29,166 nt of DNA. Source: Ardenticatenia bacterium. GTDB lineage: Bacteria; Chloroflexota; Anaerolineae; Aggregatilineales; Aggregatilineaceae. Position 1 is the stretch's first letter, and the number at the start of each line of letters is the position of its first letter. The translations under genes and the position numbers were made by a program. Below the pieces are notes generated by a model. The model was not told the DNA's origin, did no database searches, and saw only the letters and a list, made by a program, of their open reading frames with translations. Shown in pieces: positions 22,962-29,166 of the stretch. The stretch lies in assembly GCA_026984385.1 (NCBI GenBank), contig JALSSH010000604.1:1-29166 (forward strand). Reading direction: 5' to 3'.

Positions 22962-23833
22962 CAGCTCTCATCCTCGCTCGCGTCCGGATTTTCGTGCACG
23001 ACCACGCCCATCCCATCCGGCCCGATCAACGTCGCCAGGCTGGGGCCGTAGAGCACGGTGGCGATGGCGTGGCCGGGGAATTCGAATGACAAACGCTCTT
23101 GAATTTGGCGAGCGCGTTCGGTAGGGGAAACGGAGCTTTCTAAGATCACGAGTTGTTCGGGCGCGATAAACTCGGTCACAAACTCCATCAATTTGTCGAG
23201 CGCCTGGGCCTGGGTGCGCACTTTTTCCATCGGGATCAGCTCACCTTCTTCGATGGTCAGGAAGGGTTTAATGTTAAGCATGGTCCCGAGGATGGTTTGC
23301 GCCTCGCTGAGCAGCCCATTATAGCGCAGATAGGTAAGTGAGTTCACGTAAAAGACCGAATACACATGCGGCAGCGTAGCCCGCACCACATGCACGATCT
23401 CGTCCAGCGATGCCCCATCTTCGGCCAGGCGCGCGGCCAGCTCCACCAAAATCGCCAGACCGACCGAAGTCGTGCGCGAATCCACCACCGCAATATCGCA
23501 GCGCCCCAGCAGGGTTTGGCTGGCGGTGCGCGCATGTTCCCAGGCTTTGCTCATGTGGCGGGACATGTGCAACGAGAGGATTTGGTCGGTTTCGCGGTGC
23601 AAACGCTGATAAACAGCGATGAAGTCGTCTACCGGTGGCGCGGAAAGCGTCGCGCGGATGTCGCTACGCTCCATTAAGCGGAAAAAGTCGGCGGCTTCCA
23701 GGTCTACGCCTTCGCGGAAGGCTTGTGTGCCCAGATGGATCAAAAGCGGCACAACGTGGATGTTGTAGTGCTGCGCAACTTCAGGGCGTGGAAAGTGCGC
23801 CGAACTGTCGGTCACAATTCGGACTTTGCCCAC
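22961..23833 (-). CDS. DegV family fatty-acid-binding protein (FakB-like), second copy
   Basis: VRIVTDSSA, VDSRTTSVGL, LNIKPFL, GPSLATLIGP; GTG start after GGAGG. Confidence 0.92.
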   Translation of the reverse strand: MGKVRIVTDSSAHFPRPEVAQHYNIHVVPLLIHLGTQAFREGVDLEAADFFRLMERSDIRATLSAPPVDDFIAVYQRLHRETDQILSLHMSRHMSKAWEHARTASQTLLGRCDIAVVDSRTTSVGLAILVELAARLAEDGASLDEIVHVVRATLPHVYSVFYVNSLTYLRYNGLLSEAQTILGTMLNIKPFLTIEEGELIPMEKVRTQAQALDKLMEFVTEFIAPEQLVILESSVSPTERARQIQERLSFEFPGHAIATVLYGPSLATLIGPDGMGVVVHENPDASEDES

Positions 23834-23877
23834 GTGAGTATCCTCCCCCGCTGTAACTGGTCGGACGTGGTTTGGCG

Positions 23878-25557
23878 CTATTCTGCGCCCACAAGATAAT
23901 GATAGTGGGCCTGCCCGCCGTAGACCAGCTCGAACTCCGGCCCCGGGTAGAGTGCGCTCAGCTCCTCAACCAGTGCCCGTGCCTCGTCTTCCTGGACATT
24001 CGCGCCGTAATAAAGCGTGATCAGCTCACAATCTCCCGCGCACATTTGCGCGATCAGGTCTTTGAGCACCTGGCCGATGTTGTTGCCCGCCACCGCAAGC
24101 GCCCCGTCGATCAGCCCGATGATTTGCCCTTCTTGCACGCTCACGCCGTTGAGTTCGACACTGCGCGTGGCGGTGGTCACCTCGCCGGTGGCGATCTCGT
24201 CTTTGGCCTGCTGCATCGCGGCGGCTACTTTCTCAAAATCTCCTTGGGGATCGTAAGGCAACAGCGCGCTGATGCCCTGGGGCATGGTGCGTGTGGGAAT
24301 GACGATCACTTCCTGGTCGGTCGCCAAGCGTGCGGCTTGTTCGGCGGCCAAGATGATATTTTTGTTGTTCGGCAACACGATCACTTTGCGCGTGGGCACG
24401 CGCTGGATCGCCTCCAATATCTCTTGGGTGCTGGGATTGTTGGTCTGCCCCCCGTCGATCAGCTCCGCCGCGCCCAGTTGACGGAAGACGCGCGCCAAGC
24501 CCTTGCCGGAAGCCACCGTCACCACCGCGACGCTTTCCTCGTCCATCTCCGGCAAGGCGATCTCCGGTTCGGGATCGCCTTGCTCGGCGGCGCGTTCACG
24601 CACGTACTCGTGGAATTGCTCTTGCATATTTTCCACGACAATATCGCTGATCGTGCCCAAACTCACCGCGTAGCTCAACGGGATGCCCGGGTCGTGGACG
24701 TGCACGTGCACTTTGATCGCGCGTTCGTCGCCCACCACCAACGTAGACCAGCCCATTTGGTCAATGGCGGCGCGTACCACGTTCACGTCCAGGTTTTCAC
24801 CCTGGAGGATAAACTGCACATCGTAGCCGTAGCCCAACTCGTCTTCGGGAGCCAACGCGGCGGCCAGGTTCTCGACCGCTTCGGCGGCCCGTTCGTGCTC
24901 GACGGTGATCGCTTGGCCCTGCAAATGGAGCAGTATTCCCTCCAGGATGTAAACCAAACCGCTGCCGCCGGAATCGACCACACCGGCTTTTTTGAGGATC
25001 GGCAACATTTCCGGCGTACGTTCGAGCGCGTCTTTGGCGCGCGCCACGACCCGCTCTAAGATGGCGACCATGTCCCGCGTTTCGGCGTAGGCGGCTTCGG
25101 CTTCTTCGGCAGCTTCACGCGCCACTGTGAGGATCGTCCCCTCAACCGGCTGGATCACACCGCGATAGGCGGTCTCTGCGGCTTCTCGCAGTCCGTGCAC
25201 CAGCAGCTCAGGGCTGAGCGCTTCTTGCTCTTTGAGCACATGGGCGAAACCCTGCCAAAGTTGCGAGAGGATCGTGCCGGAGTTGCCACGCGACCCCATC
25301 ATCGCGCCGTGTGCGATCAGCGCGGCGACTTGCCCTGCGTGGTTAGAACCGTTGCGCTCGGCTTCCTGAACGGCGTTGCGCATGGTCATAAGCATATTTG
25401 TTCCGGTGTCGCCATCCGGCACAGGAAAAACGTTCAGTTGGTTGACGGTGGCGTGATGGCGGTCTAGCCAGTCCCTGCCAGCGGCGGCCATGCGTTTGAG
25501 CGCTTCGCCGTCACAAGCGGCGCGATCGTGGGGTGGGGGAGATGTGTTTTCGGCCAT
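23878..25557 (-). CDS. fakA: DAK2-domain fatty acid kinase subunit (FakA/YloV family)
   Basis: NQLNVFPVPDGDTGTNM, GSRGNSGTILSQ, PVEGTILTV, GVVDSGG, KVHVH, GGQTNNPS, LPNNKNI, GGQAHY. Confidence 0.93.
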   Translation of the reverse strand: MAENTSPPPHDRAACDGEALKRMAAAGRDWLDRHHATVNQLNVFPVPDGDTGTNMLMTMRNAVQEAERNGSNHAGQVAALIAHGAMMGSRGNSGTILSQLWQGFAHVLKEQEALSPELLVHGLREAAETAYRGVIQPVEGTILTVAREAAEEAEAAYAETRDMVAILERVVARAKDALERTPEMLPILKKAGVVDSGGSGLVYILEGILLHLQGQAITVEHERAAEAVENLAAALAPEDELGYGYDVQFILQGENLDVNVVRAAIDQMGWSTLVVGDERAIKVHVHVHDPGIPLSYAVSLGTISDIVVENMQEQFHEYVRERAAEQGDPEPEIALPEMDEESVAVVTVASGKGLARVFRQLGAAELIDGGQTNNPSTQEILEAIQRVPTRKVIVLPNNKNIILAAEQAARLATDQEVIVIPTRTMPQGISALLPYDPQGDFEKVAAAMQQAKDEIATGEVTTATRSVELNGVSVQEGQIIGLIDGALAVAGNNIGQVLKDLIAQMCAGDCELITLYYGANVQEDEARALVEELSALYPGPEFELVYGGQAHYHYLVGAE

Positions 25558-25575
25558 GACGAGTATATTGTGCCT

Positions 25576-25932
25576 TTATTCGGTGCGGCTGACACGTAGG
25601 CCCTGAACATGGACGTTCACCTGGCCTACGGGCACTCCGATACGCTGTTCGACGGCATAGCGCACGCTGTTGATCAAGCTGTTGGCAACCGAAGCGATGC
25701 GCGTGCCGTACTCGATGATAACATAGACATCGATCACGATCTGAGAATCTTCTTGCCGAACCTGGATACCTCGGTTCGGGTCGCGCGTGAGGCTGGCGGC
25801 GATATCCGAAGCCAGGTTCGGCGCGGCCATGCCCACCACGCCATACGTCTGGAGCACGGTATGGCTGACCAGGCTGGCGATGGCGTTGGTGGAAATTTCA
25901 ATCGTACCGCGTGGCGTTTCGTTCGTCGTCAT
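25576..25932 (-). CDS. Asp23/Gls24 family protein (YloU-like)
   Basis: GTIEIS...YGVVGMA...IDVYVIIEYGTRI...VNVHVQG; conserved position between rpmB and yloV. Confidence 0.93.
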   Translation of the reverse strand: MTTNETPRGTIEISTNAIASLVSHTVLQTYGVVGMAAPNLASDIAASLTRDPNRGIQVRQEDSQIVIDVYVIIEYGTRIASVANSLINSVRYAVEQRIGVPVGQVNVHVQGLRVSRTE

Positions 25933-25962
25933 CTGTGTTTTCTCTTGCGTTGATAGCTACCC

Positions 25963-25991
25963 TTGCAGAACGGTAGTCTCTATGGTAGCAT
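25963..25991 (+). promoter_or_regulatory. Sigma70-type promoter of rpmB
   Basis: TTGCAG (25963-25968), 17-nt spacer, TAGCAT (25986-25991) with extended TG. Confidence 0.7.
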
Positions 25992-26032
25992 GGCCTGCGC
26001 TTGTTTGGACTCAACCGGTGTGAGGCAGCGCT

Positions 26033-26233
26033 ATGGCTAAGTGTGAAATTTGCGGCAAGTCCCCTCAGTTTGGGCACAACGTGAGCCACTCAATGCGCCG
26101 TACCAAGCGGAAGTTCAAGCCCAATGTCCAGCGCGTGAAAGTGATGGAAAACGGGCGCTTGGTCAGCAAATACGTGTGCACTCGTTGCATTCGTACCATG
26201 AGCAAAGATGTCAAGTTGCGCAAAAAGGGCTAA
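26033..26233 (+). CDS. rpmB: 50S ribosomal protein L28 (form with two CxxC motifs)
   Basis: MAKCEICGK...GHNVSHSMRRTKRKFKPNVQ...VCTRCIRT. Confidence 0.97.
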   Translation: MAKCEICGKSPQFGHNVSHSMRRTKRKFKPNVQRVKVMENGRLVSKYVCTRCIRTMSKDVKLRKKG

Positions 26234-26257
26234 GTTTGGCCCGTTTTGCCCGCTCGG

Positions 26258-26288
26258 AAAAGAGCCAGCCTTTTGCGCTGGCTTTTTC
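26258..26288. terminator. Bidirectional rho-independent terminator between convergent rpmB and rpe
   Basis: AAAAG-AGCCAGC-cttttgc-GCTGGCT-TTTT. Confidence 0.75.
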
Positions 26289-26961
26289 ATTGGGCGCTTT
26301 GCGCCGCTTGGCGCAGCGATCGGATTGCGGCGCGGATGCCTTCCGCCGCGCGAAAAACTGCCGTGCCCGCTACCAGCACGCTGGCGCCGTTTTGCACCAC
26401 CAGCGGCGCAGTTTGCGGGCTGATGCCGCCGTCCACCTCAATCGTCACGTCCCAACCGCCCGCTTGAATCATTTCCGCGAGGGCGCGGATTTTGCCCAGC
26501 GTCTGGCGGATAAACGACTGCCCGCCAAAACCCGGGTTCACCGTCATCACCAGCACCATATCCACAAATGGCAAAATCTCTTGGACCATCACGGCGGGCG
26601 TGTGCGGGTTGAGCACCACCGCAGGCTTGACGCCGGCTTGGCGAATTTGTTGCACCACGCGGTGCAAATGGGCGCATACTTCCACGTGCACGCTGATGAT
26701 ATCCGCGCCCGCCTGAGCAAAAGCCGCGATGTGTTTTTCCGGTTCGACAATCATCAGATGGACGTCGAGCGGGAGCGACGTGGCGCGCCGTGCCGCTTCC
26801 ACGACCATCGGCCCCATGGTGATATTGGGCACGAAGCACCCATCCATCACGTCTACATGGATCAGATCGCAGCCGCCGGCTTCTGCTTCGGCGATTTGTT
26901 CGCCCAGGCGCGTAAAGTCGGCGGAAAGGATCGACGGAGCGATGCGGATAGGTTGGCTCAC
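26287..26961 (-). CDS. rpe: Ribulose-phosphate 3-epimerase
   Basis: IAPSILSADF, IHVDVMDG, LDVHLMI, VMTVNPGFGGQ, EVDGGI, VLVAGTAVF; start set at GTG 26961 after AGGAG. Confidence 0.97.
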   Translation of the reverse strand: MSQPIRIAPSILSADFTRLGEQIAEAEAGGCDLIHVDVMDGCFVPNITMGPMVVEAARRATSLPLDVHLMIVEPEKHIAAFAQAGADIISVHVEVCAHLHRVVQQIRQAGVKPAVVLNPHTPAVMVQEILPFVDMVLVMTVNPGFGGQSFIRQTLGKIRALAEMIQAGGWDVTIEVDGGISPQTAPLVVQNGASVLVAGTAVFRAAEGIRAAIRSLRQAAQSAQ

Positions 26962-26996
26962 GGCAGGTTGCTCCTGAATGATCAATATGCGCGCGT

Positions 26997-27026
26997 ATCT
27001 TAACCAATCCTACGGCGGTATGGCAA
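26997..27026 (-). promoter_or_regulatory. Sigma70-type promoter candidate for rpe
   Basis: TTGCCA (27026-27021), 18-nt spacer, TAAGAT (27002-26997). Confidence 0.55.
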
Positions 27027-27068
27027 CACCAAATTGCAGCCGGGCTTGTGGGGGCGGGTTGAAAGTCG

Positions 27069-27104
27069 GCGGGCTGTGCGTTTCGAAAGATGCGCACAGC
27101 CCGC
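27069..27104. repeat. Long GC-rich hairpin downstream of the PhnE-like gene
   Basis: GCGGGCTGTGCG (27069-27080) pairs perfectly with CGCACAGCCCGC (27093-27104); inner TC-GAAA-GA; no clear U-tract. Confidence 0.65.
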
Positions 27105-27128
27105 AAACGAAAATGGGCGGAAGAAAAG

Positions 27129-29166
27129 CTAGACGATGCGTTCGCGGATAGCTGCGCTGGCATAATCTAGCACCGAAACGACGATTGCAATCGCCAACAC
27201 AGCCACACCTGCTTGGCGATAGCGCAGCAAGTTGATCTGCTGCTGGAGCAAAAAGCCGATGCCACCACCGCCCACAAAACCGATGATCGTGGACATGCGC
27301 ACGTTGATATCCCAACGGTACATCGTGAAGGCGATATACGGTGGCACGATCTGGGGCACAACGGCGTAGACCACCGTCTGCAAGCGCGTTGCACCGGTGG
27401 ACTGGATCGCCTCGATCGGCCCTTGGTTGATATTTTCTACTTGTTCAGAATAGAGCTTGCCCAGCGCGGCGACAGAGTGCAGCGTCAGCGCCAACACACC
27501 CGCGAACGGCCCTACGCCTACCCAGATCACAAACACAATGCCCATGATCAACGGCTCGATGGAGCGCAGCGTGTTCAACACGGTGCGGGTGGACGTATAA
27601 ACGGTCATGCCCAGCGGGAAGGTGGTGTGTGTGCCTGCTAGGCCGCCTGCCACACCGCCCAACACCCCCCCTATGATCGCCGAAACGCCGATGTAGCGCG
27701 TCACGGTGGCAAAACCCAAATCAAGCGTTGTGCCCACCGGCAAGCGTTGATCCACAACCGCGCGCACCAAATCGATCGCCAGCGCGGTGAGGATAAAAAC
27801 CGCCACCCCGCCCGCAAAAAACGCGACCATGCGCCCGGTGCGTTCGGCAACGTCTTGGTCGGTTTGCCATTGATTGCGTGGGAAGATGCCCAGATGCTCC
27901 AACACCTGCACTACAATTTGCCCGCCGAGCACCCCCGCCACCAACGGTGTTAGGATGCCCAACAACACGGCTTGCATCCCAACGTAGGCGGTGACGGTCA
28001 ACAAGATCGCTCCTGCCAACGCCCCCAAGAGCGCGCCCAGCACATGGCTAAGTGGCATAGAAACATGGCGCAAAGGGCCGGAAGCCAGCGTTGCACTCAG
28101 CGAGGCCAACCAAAAACCACCCGCCAAGCCCGCTAACGCGGTAATGGTCAGCTCGACCAGTTCGCCCAGCGTACCCACGAAATTCCCCAGGTCGGCCAGC
28201 AACCCACTTTGCAGGTGGTCGCCCAACCATAACCCTAAACCGCCCAACACACCGAGCACAAAAACCACAACGGCCAGCAAGATCGCGTTGGTGAACACTC
28301 CGCGCGCCCGACGCCAACTTCGCTTTTGCGGCAGACGTGCTGCGGCCCACGTCACCAGCGCCAATCCACCGATTGCCAGCGGGATCGCCACCAGCCCCTG
28401 AGTGACGTTTTGGCCCAGCGTCACGCCTTCACGACCCAGCGGCCCTAACAACATCGCGCCAAGCGCCGCGCCGATCGGCAACGCCACAAAACCGCTCAGC
28501 ACGTTGCCCAACGGCATATTGACCTGGCGCATCAAGTTTCGCGCGGCAATGAAACTCAGCACAAAGGCGATCGGCAGCGCCAACGTGGTTGCCATCAGCG
28601 CCAAGAAGATCGTCTCGATCATCTTGGCAATAACCGTCTTGGTCGTTTCGCTGAGCCGAGGTGTGCCCACAGGAACAAGGGTTTGCACCTCCAGCGTGTG
28701 CGTTTTGCCGCTCAGCCCGCGCCCTTTGGGCACTTTCAGCTCCACGAGAAAATGCCCCGCGCCGTCCACGTCGAAGGCGGTCTCTTCGCTGACGTCGGTT
28801 TCTCCTTCGGCGGAAGTTGTCGCCAGCTTAAAGGGCATCTTTTGGCCGGTAGCGGAAACCAACTGAATACGGGCGATGGCGTCCGCTGGAAAGTCAAAGC
28901 CTTCTGCCGTGATTATCTCATCGACATCGGCGCAAGGCGGCGTAAAGATGATATACGGCCCTTCGCCGGTTTCGGCGCGCCCTTCCGACAGCCCCTCGGA
29001 CGGGCAGCCGATTTGAAAGGTGACGGCGTAGTCGCGGGTCTCACGGTCTCGGGTGAAGATGTTGGGCGAAAGCAATTCGCGCATGGCGCGCTGCACCGAG
29101 GCTTGGCGCACCTCGTCTTTGACTTCGTCCAAGCTGATCTCGGTGGTGTTCCAGCCGTAAGCGTAA
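27129..29166 (-). CDS. PhnE/PtxC-like phosphonate/phosphite ABC permease with large insertions (5'-partial)
   Basis: MIETIFLALMATTLALP, LNTLRSIEPLIMGIVFV, GKLYSEQVE (EAA region), YRWDINVRMSTIIGFVGGGGIG; frame stays open to the window edge (YAYGWNTTEISLDEVK). Confidence 0.88.
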   Translation of the reverse strand, partial: YAYGWNTTEISLDEVKDEVRQASVQRAMRELLSPNIFTRDRETRDYAVTFQIGCPSEGLSEGRAETGEGPYIIFTPPCADVDEIITAEGFDFPADAIARIQLVSATGQKMPFKLATTSAEGETDVSEETAFDVDGAGHFLVELKVPKGRGLSGKTHTLEVQTLVPVGTPRLSETTKTVIAKMIETIFLALMATTLALPIAFVLSFIAARNLMRQVNMPLGNVLSGFVALPIGAALGAMLLGPLGREGVTLGQNVTQGLVAIPLAIGGLALVTWAAARLPQKRSWRRARGVFTNAILLAVVVFVLGVLGGLGLWLGDHLQSGLLADLGNFVGTLGELVELTITALAGLAGGFWLASLSATLASGPLRHVSMPLSHVLGALLGALAGAILLTVTAYVGMQAVLLGILTPLVAGVLGGQIVVQVLEHLGIFPRNQWQTDQDVAERTGRMVAFFAGGVAVFILTALAIDLVRAVVDQRLPVGTTLDLGFATVTRYIGVSAIIGGVLGGVAGGLAGTHTTFPLGMTVYTSTRTVLNTLRSIEPLIMGIVFVIWVGVGPFAGVLALTLHSVAALGKLYSEQVENINQGPIEAIQSTGATRLQTVVYAVVPQIVPPYIAFTMYRWDINVRMSTIIGFVGGGGIGFLLQQQINLLRYRQAGVAVLAIAIVVSVLDYASAAIRERIV

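Noticed and set aside
26033-26233. Zinc-binding (C+) form of L28 as a novelty
   Set aside because: C+/C- ribosomal protein variants are well known and the rpmB-yloU-yloV-recG context is ordinary

Overview
GC-rich bacterial chromosomal window. Protein style and gene order suggest Chloroflexota/Anaerolineae (inference). It has four blocks. (1) 1-3116: a partial ORF, a class IV aminotransferase, a divergent IlvC-like reductoisomerase, a CpdA-like metallophosphoesterase and tRNA-Glu(TTC). (2) 3353-14330, minus strand: a nucleoside uptake and catabolism cluster (BMP-type ABC transporter with unusually extended permeases, ADP-ribosylglycohydrolase, PfkB kinase, YjbQ, PsuG, nucleoside hydrolase). 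(3) 14629-19532: a signalling island (PrsW protease fused to a cNMP-binding domain, a cNMP-HAMP protein, a zinc-ribbon PP2C phosphatase, a REC-histidine kinase). (4) 19567-29166: housekeeping genes recG, degV x2, fakA/yloV, asp23/yloU, rpmB, rpe and a partial, greatly enlarged PhnE-like permease. I saw no CRISPR array, integrase or transposase gene. The best leads are an 85-nt perfect four-way-junction palindrome with GNA triloops (3240-3324), the cNMP-PrsW module, the extended PsuG/ARH/YjbQ salvage operon, permeases with extracellular beta-sandwich inserts, and an orphan IS200/IS605-like right end. All functional calls come from motif recognition by eye; no database searches were run.
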